53,379 nt of DNA from Reclinomonas americana ATCC 50394. Its lineage: Eukaryota. The DNA is taken from positions 151,117 through 204,495 of the forward strand of contig PS015106.1 in the NCBI GenBank assembly GCA_048213135.1, given 5' to 3'. Positions 26,771 through 39,900 of the stretch are shown one piece after another. The notes under the pieces are model-generated. The model worked only from the letters and a program-made list of their open reading frames with translations. It ran no database searches and was not told where the DNA came from. Every line of letters starts with the position of its first letter. Position 1 is the stretch's first letter. The position numbers and the translations under genes were made by a program.

Positions 26771-26887
26771 GGCGTGCACTTTTGCGTAGTTAGAGCAAAA
26801 TGAAGAAAAAACCAACGATACAAGCTTTGTATATTCAAGAGACTCGCTCAACACTTTGCGGGTCCTCGGCGTGTTCCACAACCTCTC

Positions 26888-27748
26888 TCAAGCCGCCACC
26901 TCGTCCACAATTGCCTCCCAGAACTGCAGCGCTTGCTCCTCATCGCTCGCGCCCTCCTCATCGGCCTCGGTCGTCGTCGCATCGTCCTCCACATCGGCAT
27001 CCGAGTCCAACACACTGGCCGCTACATCAGCCGCCGACTCCTCGTCCTCGCCCTTGGGCGCCACAGCCGCCGCCTTGCCACTCGGCTCGGCCTCCGCAGC
27101 CGCCGCCGCCACCACATCCTCATCCTCCAGCGGGTCCTCGCTGTCATCAAACTCTCCAAACACCTCCTCCTCTTCCTCCTCCTCCTCGTCGTCCTCCTCA
27201 TCCTCCTCGTCCTCCTCGTCCTCGTCGGCATCGAGCTCCGCAAACAGCTCCACGTCTTCCTCTTCCTCCTCCTCCTCCTCGTCATCATCGGCCTCCATGC
27301 TGCTCTCATGGAAGGCATTGCTGGCCTGCTCGTGCACCATATCCTCCTCGCTGTCCTCCAGCTCCGCGGCCGCCAGGTCCTCCTCAAGCAGGGCCAAGTC
27401 CGCGTCCACATCCGACTCCTCCGCGTGCTTGTGCGCGCATGCCGCAGTGTGCACGTGCTGCTCCTCTTCTTGTTCTTCAGGGTGTGAGTGGTTGCCCTCC
27501 GTGTCCAGTGCCTGCCCGCAGTACGCGCAGCGCTCCACCAGGTTGTTGTCGACAAAGGTGCCTGGGTGCTGCGGGTGGTCCAGACGCTCTCCACATGTGG
27601 GGCAGTACGAGGCTCCATACGCGCTCACTGCACACACCGCCACCACCACCAACACCAACAATGAGAGTTTCCGCGACCTGTGTGAGAGCAACACATGAGC
27701 ACACAGGAAGAGAGAGCGTGGCGAGTGAGGGGAAAAAACGCACATCAT
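26888..27748 (-). CDS. Secreted, highly acidic protein with an N-terminal CxxC..CxxC/His module
   Basis: ATG AT|intron|G gives the signal peptide MMSRKLSLLVLVVVAVCAVSA, then CPTC..CAYC, HVHTAACAH and D/E tracts, TGA. Confidence 0.7.
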   Translation of the reverse strand: MMCVFSPHSPRSLFLCAHVLLSHRSRKLSLLVLVVVAVCAVSAYGASYCPTCGERLDHPQHPGTFVDNNLVERCAYCGQALDTEGNHSHPEEQEEEQHVHTAACAHKHAEESDVDADLALLEEDLAAAELEDSEEDMVHEQASNAFHESSMEADDDEEEEEEEEDVELFAELDADEDEEDEEDEEDDEEEEEEEEVFGEFDDSEDPLEDEDVVAAAAAEAEPSGKAAAVAPKGEDEESAADVAASVLDSDADVEDDATTTEADEEGASDEEQALQFWEAIVDEVAA

Positions 27749-27973
27749 TTGCGTTCTGCGCTGCTGTGATTTTTTCGGATATCCCAAGCGAGCACCACTG
27801 CTTTATTTGTCTTGTCTGCTCGCGATATTCAAATATCATCGGGGAGGCGGTAGGATGCCTCGCGATCGGGGGCGACTTGCACGCGGCGTGGTGGGCGAAG
27901 TGTGCCGGTGGGTGGTGGGCTCGTGCGGAGATCAGTCACCAGTGCCTGTGTGTGCTGTGGAGTGAGAAGCGTA

Positions 27974-30900
27974 TCAATATGCATGTGTGCGCAAGGGAAT
28001 GCGGCTCACCGATAGCGGCGCGTTTGTGATTGGTGTCGGCGCTGTCGGTCGCGGGATGGCCAGTGCAGACTCACGGCCTACGTTTCGGAGTCGACGGCGC
28101 GCAAGGTGGGCCAGCGAGCTTGGCGACTCCGGCACCACGCTCTCGAATTGCAGTTCATGCAACAGTGCTGCGTGTTGCTGTTGACGCTGTTGTCGCCGTT
28201 GTTCTCGGTGTAACGCGATCAGTTGATACAGCTGTGCAGACGGAGCGACTCCGGATACACTCGGTAGTGGCGGTGCAGCGACTGACGCATCCGTCGGCGT
28301 GCCGTGTGCGCCAAGATCCACGTGGTCAGCGTCGTCCTGCGTCGCTTCTGGCGATCGCTGCTGCTGCCACTGCTGCTGCAGTCGGTAGAGAGCAATGAGC
28401 TGGAACAGATCGGACGACGGCTGCTGCAAGGGTGGTTGAGGAGGCGGTTGTGGACGCTGCTGCTGCTGTTGTTGCTGTTCGCGGAATAGCTGGATGAGGT
28501 GACGGAGTTCCGCAGAGGGCTCGTGGAATGCCGTCGCAGGCTGCTGTCGTTGCTGCTGCTGCTGCTGCCGCTGCTGTTGTTGCTGTTCGCGGAATAGCTG
28601 GATGAGGTGACGGAGTTCCGCAGAGGGCTCGTGGAATGCCGTCGCAGGCTGCTGTCGTTGCTGCTGCTGCTGCCGCTGCTGCTTGCGGAACAGATCAATC
28701 AGTTCATGCAGTTTCAGCGATGGCGCTGGACGCGACAGAGGCTGCTGAGTGGTGGTGACCAAATCAAGTAACGGTCGTCGAGCCACATTCGGCACGGAGA
28801 CCTGCGATCGTCGAGGCGAGAGCAGAGCAGTCGGTGTCGAGGCTGACGACGACAGACGCGCACTGTCCTCAGTGTCGAGAACAGAACCCGGCAAGTCCGG
28901 CTCAGCCAGTTCATCAACCCCCACTCCTGCAGCTTCCGCCTCCTGCTGCTGCCGTTTCCAAGCATCCATGAGCAAACGGATTCGACCCTCGGCGGTGTTC
29001 GATTCTCGCACAAGTCTCAGCAGCGACGTGACAGCAGTCGGTGTAGAGTGCACGGCGGCCACTGCTTCGTCAAATGCTCGCCGCTCGGCGACAGGGCTCA
29101 TTTCTTCATCGTCTTCGACCATGCCGTCGAGGGCGGCGGCCAGTGGCTCGTTGGCCATTCGCATGGCCAGCGCCGCACGCACCGCCTGCGCAGCGGCGGC
29201 CTTCTTGCGTCGCCGCAGGACGACCCACATAGTGACCAGCGTCGCGACAAGTATCACACCACAGCAGCAGGCAACTACCACTCCGACAATCACCGGTACG
29301 CTCAGTCGTGAGCCAGCGACCGCTACTCCAGGCGTCGATGCAGCTGCTTGACCTTGAGCTGCGAACACACATACATCTTATCAGCGACGCGCGCGCACAT
29401 AAAGCTGGTGCACGTGCGCTTATTGCTCACCAGCGGCGGCACCGACGCCAACCGACAACACAGTTGGAGTTTGGACATCCACGAGANNNNNNNNNNNNNN
29501 NNNNNNNNNNNNNNNNNNNNNNNNNNNNNNNNNNNNNNNNNNNNNNNNNNNNNNNNNNNNNNNNNNNNNNNNNNNNNNNNNNNNNNNNNNNNNCGACACA
29601 CTCATGAGGCGACAGAGCAGACTGCAAACCAGCAAACTGAGAGTGGAATCGTACCCGTGACGAGAAGAGGCGGCGACATCGGCACAAAAGAGTCTGCGTG
29701 CGACAAACTGCACCATGTGTATCAGCGAGAAGAGCGAGAAGAAAGCGGATGCACAACGAGATCACGCACCGGACACATATGAACACGTACGGGTACGATG
29801 GGTACCGCGGAGGCAGCTCTGGGTCGTCGATTGGTGGCGTGGGTACTGGCGTGATGTGGATAACCACAGAGCCGAGTTCATCGTGCCGGGCCACGGCTTC
29901 GGAGGTTACCTCCAAACCTCGCACAGTCGGACTGCCAGCAACGCATGCATTCTCCGACGTCGCCAGCGCAACAGTCATGCCAGTCAATGGCAACAGTATT
30001 CCAGAAACACTTACTCTCGAAGCCTCCATGTTTGACACGGCGCGAGGAGAGAAACCAGACAGCGCCGGCGCTACAGATCGCACAGTGTTGTTGTCAGCAA
30101 CTATCACTTGCCGGTGGCCACGCCGAACATACCTCGCACGTGAATGGGATTCACATCGACAGCCACGAAATCATCGCTCGTCGCCGACCTACGACTCCGA
30201 CAGTTAATGAAGAAGCATGGTCATAATCATTCATACATGCACAGACGCACCGGAAACACAAGAATAAATCGCTGGGGGAACCCGACGGGACAGTCACGAC
30301 CACCGAGACCGTGGAGGCACCCACCGCGATAGAAGGCGTCGCGGGACGAACAAGAGCAGCTCCCACGTGCTGACCAGTGCATTGCGCTACGTCGGCCACA
30401 AGAAGGTACTCATCTGCGACAGACGGATGCGATGTGAGATTGCGATTGGTTCGAGGCTCAGGATACTCGCATCAGACACAAACCATTCGTTGCGAGACTT
30501 GACCCTGCAACCACGACATCGTTGGTCCCGAGAGAGCCAATCACGTGTGTGAGCAAAGTGGTAGAGCCTGCAAGTATACAATACACACACAAGTGAGAAA
30601 AAAGTCAGGTATGTCGACGGGAACAGCTCGTGTGCCCACCATTACATGAGGGGCCAAATGTCCCAGCAGCACAGCTCCTAAATGTCGAGAAGGGCACAGC
30701 GTTGCTCGCTCGCTTCACGCCTTGGAAGGAGCTCACAAGACGCACAAAGTACATCGTACTAGGTTCTAACACTGGCTCCGTCGTCTGAGAGCTGACATAT
30801 GTTGGATACGGAGACGGCGGCGGGACGGGAACAGGCACTTCGGCGAGCGAAATAACCTGGCCCGCAAACGAGTCGTCAATAGCGATCTCGAAAGTTGCGC

Positions 30901-33900
30901 CGAATGGAAAAATGACCGGAGTAAAAGAGGCAGAAAAGGAGGCAAGACGTTGGCGAACATCCGTAGCAGCGAGCCGATCTGGCAGAGGCACCGCGAACGC
31001 AGTGGCGGTCTGTACAGTACTCACAAACCGATAGGTTCCACCACTGTATGAGAGCAAGGCAACCACGCGGTAATAGAATGGCTGACCGGGAATGGTACCA
31101 GTCAGAGTGCAGGACACGCGGGATGAATCCGTCGCGCTGTCCGCTGCCACCGTCAACACCGATGACGAAAGACTCGCATCAGCTACAGAAGCCTCGAAGA
31201 TCACAGTCAGCGGCTGCCCGCTGTTGTTAACCGCAGTGCCGTACAACACTGCGGTCAGCGGATCAACCAGCGCGGGCGGAAGCACCTGCAGAGTCGCAAT
31301 CTGCGGCGTGGCGAACGACCGAAGCGGACTCATTTGTGCCGGTGTACCGTCACTTGTCGCCACGACAACTCGGTAAAAGTATACCGTGTCGGGCGTCAGA
31401 CCACCCAACGCAGCAGATACAGCCACATCAGCAGACGCCGGTCCACTCACACTAGCTGGCGTAACAGTGGATGCCAACTGAATCGTGCCACTCACAAATG
31501 TGGACGATGTCGAGTACTCAATCGTCACACTCACACCTGGTCCGTTCTGCACATTCACCGTGCCATGCAACACTGCCTGTACAGCCGTCACCTGTGTCGC
31601 TCCTCCGGTCGTCGTAGCCGTGGCCAGCTTCAATGTCGTGAACGTGGCTGACACGCTGTACTGCGCCGGCGTGCCGTCGCTCGTCGCTGCCACAACTCGG
31701 TAATAGTACACCGTGTTGGGTGTAAGGCCAGTGAGCGATGTTGATACAGCCACATCCGTAGACGCCGGTCCACTCACACTCGCTGGTGTCACGGAGGATG
31801 CCAACAGAATCGTGCCACTCGCAAACGCGGACGATGTCGAGTACTCGATCGTCACACTCACACCTGGTCCGTTCTGCACATTCACTGTGCCGTGCAACAC
31901 TGCCTGCACCGCTGTCAACTGTGTCGCACCGCCAGTCGCGGTAGCCGTGGCCAACTTCAGTGTCGTGAACGTGGCCGACGTGCTGAATTGTGACGGCGTG
32001 CCGTCGATCGTCGCTGCCACCAATCGGTAGTAATACACCGTTTCGGGGGTCAGACCACTCAACGCAGCTGACACAGCAACATCCGTAGACGCCGGTCCAC
32101 TAACATTCGCCGGTGTCACGGAGGGTGCCGACTGGATCGTGCCACTCGCAAAAGTGGACGATGTCGAATACTCGATCGTCACACTCACACCTGGTCCGTT
32201 CTGCACATTCACCGTGCCGCGCAATAATGCCTGCACAGCCGTCACTTGCGTTGCTCCACCAGTCGTGGTTGCTGTTGCAAGCTTCAGTGTCGTGAATGTC
32301 GTCGACGTGCTGTACTGTGCCGGTGTGCCGTCACTTGTCGCCGCAACCACTCGGTAATAGTACACCGTGTCGGGTGTGAGGCCGGTGAGTGCTGCAGATA
32401 CAGCCACATCCGTAGACGCCGGTCCACTCACACTCGCTGGCGTCACGGAGGGTGCCAACAGAATCATGCCACTCGCAAATGTCGAAGACGTCGAGTACTC
32501 GATCGTCACACTCACACCTGGTCCGTTCTGCACATTCACCGTGCCGTGCAACACTGCCTGCACAGCAGTCACTTGCGTTGCTCCACCAGTCGTCGCAACC
32601 GTAGCCAACTTCAATGTCGTAAATGTGGCAGACGTGCTATATTGTGCGGACGTACCGTCACTCGTCGCCGCCACCACTCGATAGTAATACACCGTATCGG
32701 GCGTCAGACCACTCAACGCAGCTGACACAGCAACATCGGTCGATGCCGGTCCACCAACACTCGCCGGTGTCACGGAGGGTGCCAACTGAATCATGCCACT
32801 CGCAAACGTGGACGATGTCGAGTACTCGACAGTCACACTCACACCTGGCCCGTTCTGCACATTCACCGTGCCGTGCAACACTGCCTGTACAGCTGTCACC
32901 TGCGTTGCACCACCAGTCGTCGAAGCCGTTGCAAGTTTCAGTGTCGTGAACGTAGCCGACGTGCTGTACTGTGCTGGCGTGCCGTCGCTTGTCGCCGCAA
33001 CCACTCGGTAATAGTACACCGTGTCGGGTGTGAGGCCGGTGAGTGCCGCAGATACAGTCACATCCGTAGACGCTGGTCCACTTACATTTGCTGGCGTCAC
33101 TGTGGGTGCCAACTGAATCGTGCCACTCACAAATGTGGACGATGTCGAGTACTCAATCGTCACACTCACACCTGGCCCGTTCTGCACATTCACCGTGCCG
33201 TGCAACAATGCCTGTACAGCTGTCGCCTGCGTTGCACCACCAGTCGTGGTTACTGTTGCAAGCTTCAGTGTCGTGAATGTCGTCGACGTGCTGTACTGCG
33301 CCGGCGTGCCGTCACTCGTCGCCGCAACCACTCGGTAATAGTACACCGTGTCGGGTGTGAGGCCGGTGAGTGCTGCAGATACAGCCACATCCGTAGACGC
33401 CGGTCCACTCACACTCGCTGGCGTAACAGTGGATGCCGACTGAATCGTGCCACTCGCAAACGTGGACGATGTCGAGTACTCGATCGTCACACTCACACCT
33501 GGTCCGTTCTGCACATTCACCGTGCCGTGCAACAATGCCTGTACAGCAGTCACTTGCGTTGCACCACCTGTCGTCGCAGCCGTCGCAAGTTTCAGTGTCG
33601 TAAATGTGGCAGACGTGCTGTACTGCGTCGGCGTGCCGTCGCTCGTCGCTGCCACCACTCGATAGTAATACACCGTATCGGGCGTCAGACCACTCAACGC
33701 AGCTGACACAGCAACATCGGTCGATGCCGGTCCACCAACACTCGCCGGTGTCACGGAGGGTGCCAACTGAATCATACCACTCGCAAATATCGACGACGTC
33801 GAAAACTCGATCGTCACACTCACACCTGGTCCATTCTGCACATTCACCGTACCGTGCAACACTGCCTGCACAGCCGTCACTTGCGTTGCTCCACCTGTCG

Positions 33901-36900
33901 TCGCAACCGTTGCCAACTTCAATGTCGTAAATGTGGCCGACGTGCTGTACTGCGCCGGCGTGCCGTCACTCGTCGCCGTCACCACTCGATAGTAATACAA
34001 AGTGTCAGGAGTCAGACCCGCAAGCGCAGCTGAGACTGCTACATCGGTCGATGNNNNNNNNNNNNNNNNNNNNNNNNNNNNNNNNNNNNNNNNNNNNNNN
34101 NNNNNNNNNNCTGGCGTAACAGTGGATGCCAACTGAATCGTGCCACTCGCAAACGTGGACGATGTCGAGTACTCGATCGTCACACTCACACCTGGCCCGT
34201 TCTGCACATTCACCGTACCGTGCAACACTGCCTGCACAGCAGTCACTTGCGTCGCTCCTCCGGTCGTCGTAGCTGTGGCCAGCTTCAATGTCGTGAACGT
34301 GGCTGACACGCTGTACTGCGCCGGCGTGCCGTCGCTCGTCGCTGCCACAACTCGGTAATAGTACACCGTGTTGGGTGTAAGGCCAGTGAGCGATGTTGAT
34401 ACAGCCACATCCGTAGACGCCGGTCCACTCACACTCGCCGGTGTCACGGAGGGCGCCAACAGAATCGTGCCACTCGCAAACGCGGACGATGTCGAGTACT
34501 CGATCGTCACACTCACACCTGGTCCGTTCTGCACATTCACTGTGCCGTGCAACACTGCCTGCACAGCTGTCACCTGTGTCGCACCGCCAGTCGCGGTAGC
34601 CGTGGCCAACTTCAGTGTCGTGAACGTGGCTGACACGCTGTATTGTGCCGGTGTGCCGTCACTTGTCGCTGCCACCACCACTCGGTAGTAATACACCGTA
34701 TCGGGCGTCAGACCACTCAACGCAGCTGATACAGCCACATCCGTAGACGCCGGTCCACTAACATTCGCCGGTGTCACGGAGGGTGCCAACTGAATCGTGC
34801 CACTCGCAAACGTGGACGATGTCGAGTACTCGATCGTCACACTCACACCTGGCCCGTTCTGCACATTCACCGTACCATGCAACAATGCCTGTACAGCAGT
34901 CACTTGCGTTGCTCCACCAGTCGTCGCAACCGTTGCCAACTTCAATGTCGTAAATGTGGCCGACGTGCTATATTGTGCGGACGTACCGTCACTCGTCGCC
35001 GCCACCACTCGATAGTAATACACCGTGTCAGGAGTCAGACCCGCAAGCGCAGCTGACACAGCCACATCTGTAGACGCTGGTCCACTCACACTCGCCGGTG
35101 TCACGGAGGGTGCCAACTGAATCATACCACTCGCAAATATCGACGACGTCGAAAACTCGATCGTCACACTCACACCTGGTCCATTCTGCACATTCACCGT
35201 ACCGTGCAACACTGCCTGTACAGCCGTCACCTGTGTCGCTCCTCCAGCCGTGGTAGCCGTCGCCAGATTTACCGTCGTGAAGGACACTGGGGCCGGAATC
35301 TGAAGACTGGCCCCACCACCGCTCTCCGAAATCGAGCGAACATAGTATGTCGTGTTGGGCAGCAATCCAGTTACAGTGGCAGTAACAGCAGTGTCAGTCA
35401 TGCCAGTCACTGTTGCAGGCGAGATACCTGTCGACAGCGTCGTGACATTGTTGCTAAATGTACTGGAGGTCGAGTACTGAAAAGAAACCGTCACGGCTGG
35501 TCCTCCGTTTGCATTCACCGACGCACTCAACACTGCACTGGTGGCGGCGAAAGAGGCCGGTGACACCTTTGTCGATGACGAGAGAGGAGGCGTGGCGAAT
35601 GCAAGGCCGGAGCTCACTTGCACGTCGCTTCCACTGGTAGCGATGACGCGAAAGTAGTAGAGAGTGTTAGGTACCAGTGGACTGACAGTTGCCGACACCG
35701 AAGTCGCGGTGGCGCCGGTAACGGTGGCGGGTGACACTGCCGAAACGGCAACGACTCCAGTGGTGAATGCAGCTGAAGTCGTATATTCCATGGTCACCGT
35801 AGCCGCAGGACCGTTCTGCGCGTTTACGATACCGCGCAGTACTGACGATGTTGCACCGGATACGGTGGGCGCCGATGTAGTCACAGTCGGACTGAGATAC
35901 GTATCCATCTGCGTGGTGCCGACCTTGAAGTATGTGCCAACAGTTGGTGCATACTGCACACACACGCTAAACAGGGCTGGAACAGTTCCAGCCGGCAGTG
36001 ACAGGCCGGTGCCACCAATCGTCACTGTCAACTGCGAAGCAGTAGCATCAGCCGTCACGCTCGACGCGGTGGTCGAGAGTGGGTTTGTTGAGGTGCACAA
36101 TGCGCCTGGCTCCAGCTGAACGCCGAGAACTTGACTTGCTGGCTGAAGATTGGAGCCGCTAACGACAAATGATGCCGTTGGATCTCGGGCTTTGATCAAT
36201 GCCGGGCTGAATGACTCGCCAAGAGCTGTAGAGACGCGTGGAATGAATTGAAAGTGTGAGAACGCTCTGTCAATGAACTGCGAGAATGAAGAGAGAAAAA
36301 CGCAACTGACAACTAGATTTGCACTGCCGACTTTGAAGTATGAACCGCTTGCGGAGAACCGAATGCAGACCCTGTAATACAGAGGCATCCACGTGAGACC
36401 CAGAATCGACCGTGCACAAACTACTACTACGCACGAGAGATTGCCACCAGGCACAATGCCGACCGCAACCGGCACGACCAGCTGCTGACGATTGCCGGAT
36501 ACCACAAACACGCCGGTCGGTAACACCTGATTCATGGAAAGCGGTCCACCTGGTGTACACGTGCTTGAGCGCTCCAGGAGCACATTATCCGTGGAAGTGA
36601 AGAACGACCCAGTGAGCGTCAGCGTCACAGATGAGTCTGCTCCGCGGACGAGGATCGGTGAGAAGGCAGTGCCGGAGCCTGTACGTATATCATGCAATTA
36701 GTGCTTCCAGCTGGAGAGGACATTTGGTGCGAGCGCGAGTGAGCTTGAGCACGCACCGACTTCAACGCCCAAGGCCAGCTGGTACGCTTCGCTGGCGGAC
36801 CAACGCACACACAGCTGCTTGGCACCGACGGCATTCGCCCCTGACGCATCGACAGTCATGGAGTACGTGGTGGCGCTGACAGCATTGATGTTGCTAACGG

Positions 36901-39900
36901 GAGCAACGCTTGAAACGCTGCTGCAGTTGTCGGAGATGACAAATGCAGCTCCGTCTTCCGCAGTACTGACAAAGCCTTGCCCGGTTACGGCGAGTGCGCG
37001 AGCAAGCAACGGCTCCAACTTGGCGGGAGTGGTGGAAGAGAAGGCAGCTACACACGTGATGCACACAGCATTAAGCCATCACACAGATAAAGCCAAACGA
37101 GAAGCAAAGACTCCGAACCAACAGACAACGCAGCAACATCCACATACGCAGCCGTCGAGGCCCACCGAATGCACATCCGAAACGCCGCCCCAGAGGAGGC
37201 GCTGGCATCGACAGACACCAGCATCGAGTTTGTGCTTAGATATGAGCCAGGAGTGATAGTAACACCGCTGGCCACAGTTGGCGAAGTCGCCGAGGGTGTG
37301 GAGCAACTGGCCGCCAACACCACGGCTGACGAGTCGTATGAACCAGCACCCAAGTCGGCCAGCGACAGCGTGACAAGCCCGCCACCGCTAATGGTGACCA
37401 CTTGTGAAGCGCGATTGAGCACAGCCGGCACGGACAGGTTCGACACGACAGCTGTGCGGAAACAGGGGACACGCGTGAGACAGGCGCAATGTGCAAGTCT
37501 CGAAACGGGTCATATCTCACCGACACTGAGCGGAGACACAAGCGAATACTGCGAATGCGCGGAGCTGCTCCACCGAATGCACAGCGAATATGCACCTGCC
37601 GTCACGGAGGTGGCGTCGACGGTCAGCATCATGGATGTCGGCAACGTTGCAGTTGAGACGGCGATNNNNNNNNNNNNNNNNNNNNGGCAGTTCCAGTTCT
37701 GGGGGAGGGAAGTAAAATGGATTGGCATGTATCTGTCAGCGTGGAAGGAGGGAGGGTCATCGAGATCGACAGCAGCCAGCAAGGACGCAACCGAATGGCG
37801 TGATTGCCGGCGTCGGCAATGTACAGTGTCTGGCTTGTCGGGTCCACATAGACGCCGCGAGGTTGGTTGAACGCCGCAACACTCCCTGTGCCGTCAGCCC
37901 ACAACGGGGTGCCCGATTGTCCGGCAATGGTGGTCACCACACCACCGCTATCAATGCGACGCAGTGCATGGCTCAACGTCTGTCAGTAACGCCACACACA
38001 GTGTCAGCAAGTGTTTCTCCGCATGCATAAAGTCGCGTGAGCGCACTGCACTTACATCGGCGACGTAAAGAAAGTTGGCGGAAGTGTCAAACGACACGGA
38101 GGCCGGTCTGCAACGAGGAGTGAGAAAAAACAAGGTGGTAGCGATACCAGGAGCCATGCCGCCGTCAACTCACGCATTGAATCGAGCTGCACTGCCAGTG
38201 CCGTCTTGGTAGCCGCGCAGACCGGCCGTGCCGGCAAATGTGGTTACTGCGAACGTGCTGAGCACAACTCGTCGAATGGTGTTGTAGCTGCCCATGTTGT
38301 AAACAGCGGTCAGCAGCTCGCCAACACGGATGAGTGGCGTGATGAGGGCGACCACACTCACGAGGTGTCCGCAATGTATGCGTTGCCGGCGCCGTCGAGC
38401 GTGATGCCCTGCGGGTTGTTGAAGCGAGCAGCAAGGCCGGTTCCATTGGCCGTGCCCAGCACAGTGGCAAGGCCGGCGACTGTAGTCACACTCCACACAA
38501 ATGCCGGCATGGTGGTGGCGTACTCCATAGTGATTGATGCTGTGCCTACGCCGCTGGCGTCGACGGTTCCCATCATGGTGGCGGCACTGTCGGCAGTGAC
38601 TGCGGAGCCGGTGGACGCCAGCTGAGGTGCACTGGTCATGGTGGTGAAGCCGAACACGTTGCCGACAATGGGCACGGCAGATGAGGTGGCCACAGCACGG
38701 TAGTAGTAAATGGTGTTCGACGTCAAGCCGGTGACTGCGGCAGATACCAGCGAGCTCGAAGAGCCAGTGAGTACACTCGGCGATGTGGCAACGACGCTCG
38801 CCTGCGGAGCCGTCATCTTTCGGATTACGTTACTGAGGCTGCGCGCAGAATGAGAACAGAAGCGCAGACCCTGTCGAGCTCACACACACTCAATGGTACA
38901 CACCTGTCGGCGACATACACATCACCGCCGGCGTTCACCGCCACACCAAGCGGATAGAAGAAGCGCACAGCGGCGCCCGTACCGTCCACATAACCAGGTC
39001 CATTGGAGCCACCGGCGTATGTGGTCGTGACACCGGCAGCAGTGGTCACACGTCGGATTCCTTGATTATTGAAGTCGCCAATAAAGAGTGCGTCCTCGGT
39101 GGGCGTCAACGCGATGCCTACGAGAAAGTTGAATCGTGCCGCAGTACCGGTGGCGTCGGTATTTCCGCCCGCAGTGCTGCCCGCAAGCGTCGTCACCACA
39201 CCGGCCGATGTAATGGCTCGAATGAGACGGTTCTGGGTGTCGGCCACATACACCGTGCCGGAGGACGCGACACAAATGCCCGAGGGCCCTGGAGGCAGTC
39301 GCGTATGAGATAAAGACCGTGAGCGATGAGTGGCAACACGAGAAAAACCATTAAAGGTGGCCGCAGTGCCGGTGCCGTTGGCGGAGCCGGAGGTGCCCGT
39401 CGCATTGCCGGCAAACGTCGACACGGCGCCGGTGGCCACGACCACTTTTCGAATGGTGTTCGAGTCCGTGTCCGCAATGTACAAATTGGTAACAGTTGCA
39501 TCGGCATCCACGTCACCGGGGTTCTTGAGGATGCCTGGTGTTCCACTGCCGATGCCGTAGGAGCCAGCGGTACCGGCTACGGTGCTTACAATCGCCGTCG
39601 ATGTGACCTGTCAGCATGGTGAGAAGACTGCAAGTCGTTGATAGAGCGCACGATGCACGCAATGCACCTTGCGAATCGTGTTGGAACCCGAGTCGGCCAC
39701 CCACAATGTATCCGTGGAATCAATACCAAGACCACGTGGTCCATTAAACTGCGCCGCAGTGCCGGTGCCATCAGCAGTGCCGCTGACGCCAACCTGACCG
39801 GCAAAGGTGCTGGTGACTCCGCCGGAGGTCACTCGCCGAATGAGATGATTGCCAGTCTGTGTGCAAAGTTTTGGTCGACGTCCAGTGAGAAAAAGGAAAA

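Noticed and set aside
31300-35275. Regular repeats as a CRISPR array or mobile element
   Set aside because: In-frame 327 bp coding repeats without unique spacers. No transposase, RT or Cas-like ORF was recognised anywhere in the window.
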